Position numbers and translations under genes: made by a program. A DNA stretch of 62,258 bases, counting the filler, from Candidatus Omnitrophota bacterium (GTDB lineage Bacteria > Omnitrophota > Gorgyraeia > JAGLLT01): NCBI GenBank assembly GCA_023140385.1. It is 5 parts of 5 records of this genome, joined end to end, with 100 filler letters (N's around TTAATTAATTAA, not from the genome) between each part and the next. Parts side by side here need not be neighbours in the genome. Positions count along the whole stretch, not along the records: positions 18,409 to 42,702 come from JAGLLT010000002.1; 4 more parts are not named here. One strand, given 5' to 3'. Position 1 is the first letter of the stretch; each line of letters starts with the position of its first letter. The notes beneath the pieces were generated by a model. That model was not told the DNA's origin, made no database searches, and worked only from the letters and a program-made list of their open reading frames with translations. This document shows, in pieces, positions 20,516 through 29,259 of this stretch.

Positions 20516-20592
20516 GTCCCCATCGTCTAGCCTGGTCAGGACATCGGATTTTCGATCCGACGACAGGGGTTCAAATCCCCTTGGGGACGCCA
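20516..20592 (+). tRNA. tRNA-Glu(TTC)
   Basis: GTCCCCA/TGGGGAC acceptor, anticodon arm TCGGA-TTTTCGA-TCCGA, CCA end. Confidence 0.93.
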
Positions 20593-20608
20593 AATCATTT
20601 AAGGGCTT

Positions 20609-22456
20609 ATGTGCGGAATTGTTGGATACGCAGGAAAAAAAGAGGTAATCCCTGTATTAATTGACGGGTTACGCAGGCTTGAGTACCGCGGGTATGATTC
20701 CGCGGGAGTTGCCATATCAGAAAAAGGCAAGCTTATCACCGCCAAAAGAAAAGGCAAACTTGAGTTTCTTGATTCCGCTTTAAATAAAACGAGTTTTTCA
20801 GGCACGGTTGGTATAGGCCATACCCGTTGGGCTACTCATGGAGAGCCCACCATCAGAAATGCCCACCCTCATTTAGACTGCCGGAAAGAGATTGCGCTTG
20901 TCCACAACGGTATTATTGAGAATTACCAACAATTAAGAGACGCCTTAAAAAAAGAAGGCCATAAGTTTGTTTCCAAGACGGATTCGGAAGTCATCGTTCA
21001 TCTGATAGAAAAGTACTATAAGAGCAGTCTTGAGAAAGCTGTTTTATCCGCCATAAAAAGGCTGAAGGGTTCTTATGCCATTGCCGTTATATGCAAAAAT
21101 GAACCTCACAGAGTAGTGGCTGCCAGGTGCGGCAGTCCCTTGATAGTCGGCCTGGGCAAGGAAGAAAACTTTGTAGCCAGCGATGTGCCGGCTATATTAA
21201 CCTATACCAGAAACGTTATTTATCTTGATGATTATGAAGTAGCGGTGCTGGATGAAAAAAAAGTGACGGTAAAAAATATAAAAGGCCGTTTAGTAGAGAA
21301 GAAAACTGAGAAAATAAAGTGGGATATAAATGCTGCCGAGAAAGGCGGTTATCCGCACTTTATGCTTAAGGAGATTGAAGAACAGCCGCAGGTTATTGAG
21401 AACATAATCCACAGGAGAATAGATTTAAAGAAGAGAATATTTTTTGACGATATAAATCTTAGTACAAAAGAGTTAAAAAGTATCAAAAAGATAACCATTG
21501 TTGCCTGTGGATCGGCCTGGCACGCCGGATTAATCGGGAAATACTTAATAGAAAAGTATGCCGGTGTTTCCGTTGAAGTTGATTTCTCCAGCGAATACAG
21601 ATATAGAAGCCGGATTGCCGGCGGGCGGGCCTGCCTCGCCGATAAGCGGGAGTTGCTTATCGCTGTCAGTCAGTCAGGGGAAACAGCCGATACGCTGGCA
21701 GCTATGAAGCTGGCCAGGCATAAGAGAATAAAAATCTTATCAATCTGCAACGTGGTCGGTTCAACCATTGTCAGGGAGTCTGACGGTGTAATTTATACCC
21801 ATGCCGGCCCTGAGATTGGAGTGGCTTCGACTAAAGCCTATCTCGCTCAGGTTTCCATCTTTTATCTCTTAGCCGTCCACCTGGCCTTTATTAAGAGGAT
21901 AATAGGCAGGAATACAGAGAGAAGGCTGGTAGGTGAATTTATGGAGATGCCGGCTTTAGTGCAAAAGATAATAAAAGATACAAGTTTGATTGAAAAGTGC
22001 GCGGAAAAATATAAAGGCGTTAATAGCTTTTTATACCTTGGCAGAAATATCAATTATCCGACTGCTTTAGAAGGAGCTTTAAAGCTGAAAGAAATTTCTT
22101 ATATTCACGCGGAAGGTTGCGGCGCCGGGGAGATGAAGCATGGGCCGATTGCCCTGGTGGATGAGAAGCTTCCTTCTGTTTGTATAGCTGTTAAGTGCGA
22201 TGTGTATGAAAAAATGATGTCGAACATCCAGGAGATTAAAGCCCGCTCCGGCATTGTTATCTCTGTCGCTACCGAACGGGATAGAGAAATTGCAAAATAT
22301 TCTGATATGGTAATTTATGTGCCAAAGGTAAATGAAGACTTATCCTGCATTATTACCGTCGTGCCGCTTCAGATACTGGCTTATTATATGGCGGTTAAGC
22401 GGGGTTGTGATGTGGATAAGCCAAGAAATCTGGCTAAGAGCGTGACCGTTGAATAA
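20609..22456 (+). CDS. glmS: glutamine--fructose-6-phosphate transaminase
   Basis: MCGIVG, GHTRWATHG, SQSGETADT and PRNLAKSVTVE motifs. Confidence 0.97.
   Translation: MCGIVGYAGKKEVIPVLIDGLRRLEYRGYDSAGVAISEKGKLITAKRKGKLEFLDSALNKTSFSGTVGIGHTRWATHGEPTIRNAHPHLDCRKEIALVHNGIIENYQQLRDALKKEGHKFVSKTDSEVIVHLIEKYYKSSLEKAVLSAIKRLKGSYAIAVICKNEPHRVVAARCGSPLIVGLGKEENFVASDVPAILTYTRNVIYLDDYEVAVLDEKKVTVKNIKGRLVEKKTEKIKWDINAAEKGGYPHFMLKEIEEQPQVIENIIHRRIDLKKRIFFDDINLSTKELKSIKKITIVACGSAWHAGLIGKYLIEKYAGVSVEVDFSSEYRYRSRIAGGRACLADKRELLIAVSQSGETADTLAAMKLARHKRIKILSICNVVGSTIVRESDGVIYTHAGPEIGVASTKAYLAQVSIFYLLAVHLAFIKRIIGRNTERRLVGEFMEMPALVQKIIKDTSLIEKCAEKYKGVNSFLYLGRNINYPTALEGALKLKEISYIHAEGCGAGEMKHGPIALVDEKLPSVCIAVKCDVYEKMMSNIQEIKARSGIVISVATERDREIAKYSDMVIYVPKVNEDLSCIITVVPLQILAYYMAVKRGCDVDKPRNLAKSVTVE
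21617..21641 (+). repeat. GC-rich palindrome inserted in frame in glmS
   Basis: GCCGGCGGGCGGGCCTGCCTCGCCG: a hairpin flanked by a GCCG direct repeat that adds about 7 aa (GGRACLA). Confidence 0.6.
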
Positions 22457-22507
22457 TAATTGACAGCCGGCGGTCAATATGTTTAAATAATTAAATATAG
22501 TAAATCC

Positions 22508-22583
22508 GGGCGGTTAGCTCAGCTGGAAGAGCGCGTGACTTACATTCACGAGGTCACAGGTTCGAGCCCTGTACTGCCCACCA
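22508..22583 (+). tRNA. tRNA-Val(TAC)
   Basis: Anticodon arm CGTGA-CTTACAT-TCACG, CCA end, upstream TTGACA at 22460. Confidence 0.95.
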
Positions 22584-22610
22584 TGTTTAGTTGTTAGTAT
22601 ATAATTTTTC

Positions 22611-22688
22611 GGGGGCGTAGCGTAGCTGGCTTAACGCATCAGATTGTCGATCTGAGGATCGCGGGTTCGAATCCCGTCGTCCCCGCCA
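22611..22688 (+). tRNA. tRNA-Asp(GTC)
   Basis: Anticodon arm TCAGA-TTGTCGA-TCTGA, GGTTCGAATCC T-arm, CCA end. Confidence 0.94.
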
Positions 22689-22785
22689 CGAACCACTCAT
22701 TTCAATCGGGTACGCGGCACGCCATCGAGTGAGTGGTGAGTGCCCAGTACCCGCCGTGGTACTGGGCAAATGTTCATTAGAGAAA

Positions 22786-22857
22786 TAGCGTAGAGCGCAT
22801 AGCGGATAGGAAAAACAAAATTTTTTCTATACGCTATATGCTATTCGCTAAACGCTA
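22786..22857. repeat. heptamer-repeat inverted element (TAGCGNN / NNCGCTA)
   Basis: TAGCGTA GAGCGCA TAGCGGA TAG ... CTA TACGCTA TATGCTA TTCGCTA AACGCTA. Confidence 0.75.
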
Positions 22858-22862
22858 ACTAT

Positions 22863-22938
22863 GCCGCGGTAGCTCAGTCGGTAGAGCGCGGGACTGAAAA
22901 TCCCGGCGTCGGCGGTTCGATTCCGCCCTGCGGCACCA
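22863..22938 (+). tRNA. tRNA-Phe(GAA)
   Basis: Anticodon arm CGGGA-CTGAAAA-TCCCG, CCA end. Confidence 0.95.
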
Positions 22939-22947
22939 ATTTAGCTA

Positions 22948-23044
22948 ATGGCTTATGGCCTATGGCAAGTAGCCAATAGCAAATAGCAAGTAGTTTATAC
23001 TGTGAACTCTTAACTATTCGCCATTGGCTACTTGCCATTTGCCA
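22948..23044. repeat. heptamer-repeat inverted element (RTRGCNN type)
   Basis: 25-bp stem 22962-22986/23014-23038 with 2 mismatches, built of ATGGCAA/GTAGCCA/ATAGCAA heptads. Confidence 0.75.
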
Positions 23045-23048
23045 ATAT

Positions 23049-23124
23049 GCCCACGTAGCTCACTTGGTAGAGCAGGGCTTTCGTAAAGCTCAGGTAGTGG
23101 GTTCGAATCCCTCCGTGGGCTCCA
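23049..23124 (+). tRNA. tRNA-Thr(CGT)
   Basis: GCCCACG/CGTGGGC acceptor, anticodon loop TTCGTAA, CCA end. Confidence 0.93.
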
Positions 23125-23199
23125 TGGCTTAAGTTTTGCCGGGGTTTAGTGTGGGTGTAGGCGCGCTTTTTGCTTTTCGGAGTTTGGTGAGAAAGTTTA

Positions 23200-23228
23200 T
23201 TGACATTAAGAAGATAAGCTGATAACAT
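23200..23228 (+). promoter_or_regulatory. sigma70-type promoter upstream of accD
   Basis: TTGACA-17 nt-TAACAT. Confidence 0.6.
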
Positions 23229-23284
23229 TGAGAAACTGCGCCTTTTGATGACATCAGGCAGTTATTTAATTAAACGGTGGATAT

Positions 23285-24127
23285 ATGTCACTTTTTAGCA
23301 GACGGCCTAAATATGCCAAGATTCAGATAAAAAAGAAGCAGATTCCGGGCGGTTTATGGACTAAATGCGAAGATTGCGGAGCAATTATATACAATAAGAC
23401 GTTGCAGGAAAATTTAGTCGTCTGCTCCAAATGCGATTATCACTTCAAGCTGTCGGCAAGACAGAGAATAGACCTGCTTTTTGATAAAGGTTCTTTTATT
23501 GAGCATGATAAAGAGATGGAGTCACTGGATCCCCTTAAGTTTGAGGGGCCAAGGTCGTACGAGGACAAGCTCAAGGAAGCTAAAGACCAGACTGCCTTAA
23601 AGGACGCAGCTGTTTGCGGAGAGGCCAAGATTGAAGGCAAGGGGTTGATGGTTGCCGTAACCGACTCCAGGTTTATTATGGGATCCATGGGGTCTGTTGT
23701 GGGAGAAAAAATTACCCGGGTAACGGAGGAGGCAACAAAAAAGAAGTTACCTTTAATTATTATCTCCGGTTCCGGCGGAGGAGCCAGGATGTATGAAGGG
23801 ATGTTTTCTCTGATGCAGATGGCCAAGACCTCGGCTGCCATATCAAGACACCAGAAGGCGGGGTTGCTCTACGTATCGCTTCTAACCAATCCCAGCATGG
23901 CGGGAATTATGGCAAGCTTCGCGTCTTTAGGGGATGTTATTATAGCTGAGCCCAGAGCCTTAATAGGATTTACCGGGCCGAGAGTAATCGAACAGACGAT
24001 TAAGCAAAAATTACCGGAAGGTTTTCAGAGTTCTGAGTTCTTACTTAAGCACGGCCTTATAGATATGATTGTTGATAGGAAAGACTTAAAAAGTACGCTT
24101 TATAAGTTGATTGGTTATTTGAGTTGA
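23285..24127 (+). CDS. accD: acetyl-CoA carboxylase carboxyltransferase beta subunit
   Basis: GLWTKC zinc finger, GSMGSVVGEK, GARMYEG and IGFTGPRVIEQTI motifs. Confidence 0.95.
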   Translation: MSLFSRRPKYAKIQIKKKQIPGGLWTKCEDCGAIIYNKTLQENLVVCSKCDYHFKLSARQRIDLLFDKGSFIEHDKEMESLDPLKFEGPRSYEDKLKEAKDQTALKDAAVCGEAKIEGKGLMVAVTDSRFIMGSMGSVVGEKITRVTEEATKKKLPLIIISGSGGGARMYEGMFSLMQMAKTSAAISRHQKAGLLYVSLLTNPSMAGIMASFASLGDVIIAEPRALIGFTGPRVIEQTIKQKLPEGFQSSEFLLKHGLIDMIVDRKDLKSTLYKLIGYLS

Positions 24128-24159
24128 ATTAACAAGTATTATAAAAGAGAGGTTGTTTT

Positions 24160-25263
24160 ATGGCACAGGTAAGTTTACGAGGTGTATCAAAGGTGTTCGC
24201 GGGTAACATTCAAGCGGTACATAAAATGGACCTGGAAATAAAGGATAGAGAGTTTCTGGTTTTAGTCGGACCTTCCGGCTGCGGCAAGTCAACTACCTTG
24301 CGCATGATAGCCGGGCTTGAAGATGTTACCGAAGGCGAAATTTATATTGGAGACAAACTGGTCAATGATGTTCCGCCTAAAGATAGAAACATTGCCATGG
24401 TGTTTCAGAATTACGCTTTATATCCTCATATGAGCGTTTATGAAAATATGGCCTTTGGCTTAAAGCTGCGTAAATACCCCAAGAAGGAAATTAATTCACG
24501 CGTAAATGAAGCGGCAGCCATATTGAATATAGAGGAACTTCTTGACAGAAAACCAAAGGCTCTTTCGGGCGGCCAGCGCCAGAGGGCGGCAGTGGGGCGG
24601 GCTATAGTGAGAAAGCCGCGCGTTTTTCTTTTTGATGAACCATTAAGTAATCTGGATGCTAAGTTAAGGGTGCAGATGCGCGCTGAAATAAGTAAGTTAT
24701 ATACGAGGCTGCAGGCAACAATAATTTACGTTACCCACGATCAGGTAGAAGCTATGACTATGGGAACGAGAATCGTGGTTTTAAAAGACGGATTTGTTCA
24801 GCAGATATCGGATCCGCTGTATTTGTATAACTCTCCGGTTAATAAATTTGTCGCCGGGTTTATCGGAAGTCCGCCTATGAATTTTGTGAGCGGTAGATTT
24901 ATCAAAGAAAACGGCGCCTTCTACTTTGATGAAGGAGCTTTTAAAGTTAAGCTTAATGAAGAGACGTATTCCAGGATAGAAGGATATGAGGGCAGGGAGG
25001 CATTCTTTGGTATCAGGCCGGAAGATATACATGATAAACTGTTTATCCCCGAAGCTCCCGAAGAGGCTACAATTACGGCTATGGTCGAGGTTGTAGAACC
25101 CATGGGTTCTGAAACTATCCTCTATTTGAACGCGGGAAACAGTTACTTTACCGCGAAAGTTGGCGCTAAAGATAAGCCCGAAGTTAATCAAAAGGTGGAT
25201 GTAGTTTTTGATATGTCCAAGGCGCACTTTTTCGATAAGGATTCGGAAAAAAGCATTGTTTAG
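24160..25263 (+). CDS. MalK/UgpC-family sugar ABC transporter ATP-binding protein
   Basis: GPSGCGKST, LSGGQRQR and FDEPLSNLDAKLR motifs, TOBE domain. Confidence 0.93.
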   Translation: MAQVSLRGVSKVFAGNIQAVHKMDLEIKDREFLVLVGPSGCGKSTTLRMIAGLEDVTEGEIYIGDKLVNDVPPKDRNIAMVFQNYALYPHMSVYENMAFGLKLRKYPKKEINSRVNEAAAILNIEELLDRKPKALSGGQRQRAAVGRAIVRKPRVFLFDEPLSNLDAKLRVQMRAEISKLYTRLQATIIYVTHDQVEAMTMGTRIVVLKDGFVQQISDPLYLYNSPVNKFVAGFIGSPPMNFVSGRFIKENGAFYFDEGAFKVKLNEETYSRIEGYEGREAFFGIRPEDIHDKLFIPEAPEEATITAMVEVVEPMGSETILYLNAGNSYFTAKVGAKDKPEVNQKVDVVFDMSKAHFFDKDSEKSIV

Positions 25264-25289
25264 TCCGTTGTTTATCGCGGAATTTTTTT

Positions 25290-25323
25290 AATGCGTGTAT
25301 ATCAGGTGAGTGCACGCATTTTT
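25290..25323 (+). terminator. intrinsic terminator-like hairpin
   Basis: AATGCGTGTA...TGCACGCATT followed by T run. Confidence 0.55.
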
Positions 25324-25350
25324 CTTAGCCGGTAATAACTTAATAATAAG

Positions 25351-26787
25351 ATGAATAGCAAAAAGCCGCACATCTTAAAAATAGGCGCTTTATCCTTATT
25401 AATCATTTGTACCCTGCTGTTGTTAGTGACTTATTTAGGTGCCCTGCATATAGACAACAACGCCTACCGCAATTTAATAAGTTTGATTCTTTTTTCTTTT
25501 AATATTATCATTTTGCTTACCTGGTTATATTTTGGGATGACGGCTTCTTTAATCTGTCTGACTATTGCTTCTATGTTTATGTCGCTGGCTGTGGCTGTAT
25601 CCAGAGATCCTTTTCTAAATTGGCACTTAGTTATATTTTGTCTGGTTATGCTGATTTCATATTATAACGATAAAAAAAACAGTGTTATCCGGGGTTTACA
25701 GGTAGCAGAATTAGAGGACATAGAGAAGGATATTAATACCTTAAGCGATGAATACCAGCAGCATCAGCTTCAGGCCTTAGCCCTTAAAAAGAGTTTTTCC
25801 AGATTCAATATCCTGAAGGAAGTAACGGAGAGTTTAAGTTCAAGCTTGTCTCTGGCAGAGGTGGCCAACTTAATCGTTAAAAATTCCTTTAACATTATCG
25901 GCAAAGCGGACGCCTGTATGCTTTTCTTGGTAGATGAGAAAAAGCACAAACTAATTCTTGCTTCTATTCGCAAGAACTCAGAGCTTAAAGACCTAAAAGT
26001 CGAAGAAGCGGATTTGTTTGACAGGAGGGTCTTAAGGAAAAAACAGCCGCTGATCATCCAGGATATCAGAAAAGATTATAGGTTTGATTACGAAACGATA
26101 AAAAAACAAACCAGGGAGTTTAGGTCTTTAATCTGTACTCCTCTGATAAGTAAAGATAGATCCATCGGAGTTATCCGCCTAGATACCATGAAGCCGGAAG
26201 TTTTTATATCAGAAGACCTGAGAATATTAAACATTATTGCCGATTTGGGCGCCGTAGCCGTAGGAAACGCTAAGTTATTTGAAAGAACCGAAGAGCTGGC
26301 TATTACTGACGGATTAACCAACTGTTACGTGCAAAGATACATGCGCCAGCTGGCCAGGGAGGAAATTAAAAATACGGCCGGCTCAGAAAATAAAATGTCT
26401 TTTTTGATGATAGACATTGATTACTTTAAAAAATATAATGATGACTATGGACATATCGCCGGAGATATTGTTCTTAAGGGGGTGGCGAGAATGTTTATGC
26501 GCCTGGCCGGCCCCAAGGCTATTGTGTCACGTTACGGCGGAGAAGAGTTTGCCATTGTTTTGCCCGACACTAACAAGAAAGAGGCTGTCAGAATAGCTGA
26601 GGAGATACGCCGTAAAGTGGGAGAGCGCGTATTTTATCTGCGCCGCCAGAAGACTAAAGTTACGATTTCCGTGGGAGTGGCTGCTTTTGCCAGAGACACC
26701 AGAGACCTTGAACAGTTGATAGATGACGCTGATAAAGCCTTGTATGAGGCTAAGAAATCAGGAAGAAATAAAGTATGCGCCTTTTAG
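25351..26787 (+). CDS. membrane GAF-GGDEF diguanylate cyclase
   Basis: N-terminal TMs, GAF domain, AITDGLT, DIDYFKKYND and RYGGEEF. Confidence 0.9.
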   Translation: MNSKKPHILKIGALSLLIICTLLLLVTYLGALHIDNNAYRNLISLILFSFNIIILLTWLYFGMTASLICLTIASMFMSLAVAVSRDPFLNWHLVIFCLVMLISYYNDKKNSVIRGLQVAELEDIEKDINTLSDEYQQHQLQALALKKSFSRFNILKEVTESLSSSLSLAEVANLIVKNSFNIIGKADACMLFLVDEKKHKLILASIRKNSELKDLKVEEADLFDRRVLRKKQPLIIQDIRKDYRFDYETIKKQTREFRSLICTPLISKDRSIGVIRLDTMKPEVFISEDLRILNIIADLGAVAVGNAKLFERTEELAITDGLTNCYVQRYMRQLAREEIKNTAGSENKMSFLMIDIDYFKKYNDDYGHIAGDIVLKGVARMFMRLAGPKAIVSRYGGEEFAIVLPDTNKKEAVRIAEEIRRKVGERVFYLRRQKTKVTISVGVAAFARDTRDLEQLIDDADKALYEAKKSGRNKVCAF

Positions 26788-28157
26788 TTATTTTTTTACT
26801 TTTATTTTCTTTTGCCTTGAACTTTTTTTTTATAGTGACGGGGAACAGCCGTTTCTTTATCTTAACCGGCGCCGCTGTCCTGCCTATTATTCTATCCGCG
26901 TATTTTGACACTAAAGCCATATCTCTTGTAATATTATTTGGAGGATGCTTGTGCGCCCTGGTGCCGTTTTTTTTTGGCGCAGGGCCTTTTTTAATTATAG
27001 TCATCCTGTTGTTTTTTGTGGCAGCTTATCTTATTGTAGGTGAAAACAAAAAAAAGTTTTTGGCAAGCAGGGATAATTTGAATTCAAAGATCGCTCAAAG
27101 TAAAGAGGCATTTGAAAAACTCATTGATGAAAACGATAAGTCAGACAACATTAATAAAGGGATTAACAGGGAGAGTAAGGATATAGAAGATCTGTATGAA
27201 GTTACCAAGCGTATGAGCGCGTTTTTGAAATTTGATGAGATTTTTAAAATCTTGTGCGCGGAATTAAAAAATACCTTTGAGTTTGATGATTGCAGGATAA
27301 TTAACATTAAGACTATCAGAGGTTCCATTCAGATCAATGAAATATATAATATTCAAATTGAGATGAAGATAAGCGACGCGAAAACTTATGACCCAAAGAT
27401 AATAGAAACGGTTTGTCAGCAGAAAAATACTCTTAAGATGGCTTCGGTAAAAACTGAAGCGGAGAAGCTGGGCCTTAGTTTGCCCCGCAGAGTAGAGACC
27501 GTTTTAGCTATACCGCTTCTTACAGAGGGTGAAATCAGGAGTGTTGTTATAGCTGAAAACGTCAGGCCGGAGGATTTTGAGAAGTTTGCTATTGTTATCG
27601 GGCAGTTCGCGCTTGAGACGCACAAGGTTAAATTATATGAGTTGGTTGAAAAACTGGCTATTACGGACGGCTTGACCGGTCTTTTGTTAAAGAGGCACTT
27701 TTTGGAATCTTTAAAAAAAGAGATTAAGCGTTCATTAAGTAACCGCTTAAAAATAGCTATATTAATGCTGGATATCGACCACTTCAAAAAGTATAATGAC
27801 AGGTATGGCCATTTGGTAGGAGATAGTGTGTTGATAAGAATATCGGAAATTATCAGGGATCACACGAGAGAGATAGATTTAATTTCAAGATACGGGGGAG
27901 AGGAGTTTTGCCTTGCCCTGCCGGAGACAGATAAGGAGGGGGCTTACGCCGTAGCTGAAAGAATCAGAGTACAGATTGAAAGAGAAAACTTTATGACTGA
28001 AGGAGAATTTACCAGGGCCACTATCAGCATAGGATTAGCCTGCTTTCCCAATGACGGCAGAGGAGCTGTGCAATTGATTGATATGTCTGACCAAGCGCTT
28101 TATGAAGCAAAAAATTCAGGCCGTAACAGTACGTGTGTTTATAAAAGGACAGTATGA
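26775..28157 (+). CDS. membrane GGDEF diguanylate cyclase
   Basis: N-terminal TMs, coiled coil, AITDGLT, and REID-5aa-GGEEF. Confidence 0.9.
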   Translation: MRLLVIFLLLFSFALNFFFIVTGNSRFFILTGAAVLPIILSAYFDTKAISLVILFGGCLCALVPFFFGAGPFLIIVILLFFVAAYLIVGENKKKFLASRDNLNSKIAQSKEAFEKLIDENDKSDNINKGINRESKDIEDLYEVTKRMSAFLKFDEIFKILCAELKNTFEFDDCRIINIKTIRGSIQINEIYNIQIEMKISDAKTYDPKIIETVCQQKNTLKMASVKTEAEKLGLSLPRRVETVLAIPLLTEGEIRSVVIAENVRPEDFEKFAIVIGQFALETHKVKLYELVEKLAITDGLTGLLLKRHFLESLKKEIKRSLSNRLKIAILMLDIDHFKKYNDRYGHLVGDSVLIRISEIIRDHTREIDLISRYGGEEFCLALPETDKEGAYAVAERIRVQIERENFMTEGEFTRATISIGLACFPNDGRGAVQLIDMSDQALYEAKNSGRNSTCVYKRTV

Positions 28158-28188
28158 AATTTTATAAAAAAAGAAAGAGAGGAGGCGG

Positions 28189-29160
28189 ATGGCGGGACAG
28201 TATAGCATAGGAATAGACTTGGGGGGTACTAACGTTAAATTTGCCCTTTTAAAAGATAGCAAAAAGGTAGTTGATAAAAGAGTTTTAGCTACCAAGAACT
28301 ATAAAACAAGAGAAGGATTAATCAGCCAGCTGGCTTTAACCGTTTCTGACATATTAAAGACGAACAAGATTAAAAAGAGCGGCTTCATCGGACTGGGTAT
28401 CGGTGTAGCCGGTTTAGTTGATTTTAATCGGGGGTTTATACACAGTTTAACCAACATCAAGGGCTGGGACAAGGTCTCCCTGGGAAAAATTCTCAGCGAT
28501 AAATTGAAGGTTGAAGTATCTGTTGATAACGATGTTAATGTGGTCACCCTGGGTGAGCATAAGTATGGGGCGGGCAGAGGCTTTGATAACTTGATTTGTC
28601 TTACACTGGGAACAGGTGTGGGCGCGGGGCTAATTTTAAACGGAAGCCTTTACAGGGGGCCATCCTTTACCGCTGGCGAAGTAGGCCACATCCCCATAAA
28701 CGTCAGGGGCCCAAAATGTAATTGCGGCGGCCGGGGATGCCTGGAAAGATACGTGGGCAATCGTTATATAATTCGGATGGCAAAAAAACTGGCCACTGGC
28801 AATAGACAGTCAAAAATGTATAAGTTGGTAGAGGGAAAACTGAATATGCTGACTCCGAAAATTGTATCAGAAGCTGCTATACTCAAAGATAAAGCGGCAA
28901 TTCTGGTATGGCAGAAAACCGGCCAATATATCGGAGTTGCTTTGAGCGGCCTGATTAATTTGTTAAATCCGGAAGTTATAATTATAGGCGGCGGTGTTTC
29001 TTTGGCAGGAAAACCGCTGTTTGATTCTATTAGAAAGACGGTCTTCGAAAGGGCAATGCCAAATCCCGCCAGCAAGGTAAAAATTGTTCCCGCCAAATTG
29101 GGCGAAGACGCAGGGGTTATTGGGGCATCAATATTAGCCGCGTCGAAAAAAAATAAATAA
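28189..29160 (+). CDS. ROK family sugar kinase (glucokinase-like)
   Basis: GIDLGGT, DNDVN, GEVGH and CNCGGRGCLE motifs, no N-terminal HTH. Confidence 0.9.
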   Translation: MAGQYSIGIDLGGTNVKFALLKDSKKVVDKRVLATKNYKTREGLISQLALTVSDILKTNKIKKSGFIGLGIGVAGLVDFNRGFIHSLTNIKGWDKVSLGKILSDKLKVEVSVDNDVNVVTLGEHKYGAGRGFDNLICLTLGTGVGAGLILNGSLYRGPSFTAGEVGHIPINVRGPKCNCGGRGCLERYVGNRYIIRMAKKLATGNRQSKMYKLVEGKLNMLTPKIVSEAAILKDKAAILVWQKTGQYIGVALSGLINLLNPEVIIIGGGVSLAGKPLFDSIRKTVFERAMPNPASKVKIVPAKLGEDAGVIGASILAASKKNK

Positions 29161-29192
29161 TTGCATAACCCGATATGCTATGCAGATTTAAG

Positions 29193-29221
29193 TTGAATTT
29201 ACATTTAACTTATGTTATAGT
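29193..29221 (+). promoter_or_regulatory. sigma70-type promoter upstream of transaldolase
   Basis: TTGAAT-17 nt-TATAGT. Confidence 0.5.
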
Positions 29222-29259
29222 GTCAAGCTAATATAAGAGAAGAAAAAGCAGGGGGAGAG

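Noticed and set aside
20593..20608. glmS ribozyme upstream of glmS
   Set aside because: Only 16 nt separate tRNA-Glu from the start codon, leaving no room.
20442..20648. 68-aa ORF in the track
   Set aside because: It lies over tRNA-Lys and tRNA-Glu and is a shadow ORF.
22508..23124. Integrative element at the tRNA cluster
   Set aside because: No integrase, transposase or duplicated tRNA 3' end is visible.
22587..23228. Minus-strand ORFs 22587-22769 and 23028-23228
   Set aside because: They are antisense to tRNA-Asp and tRNA-Thr.
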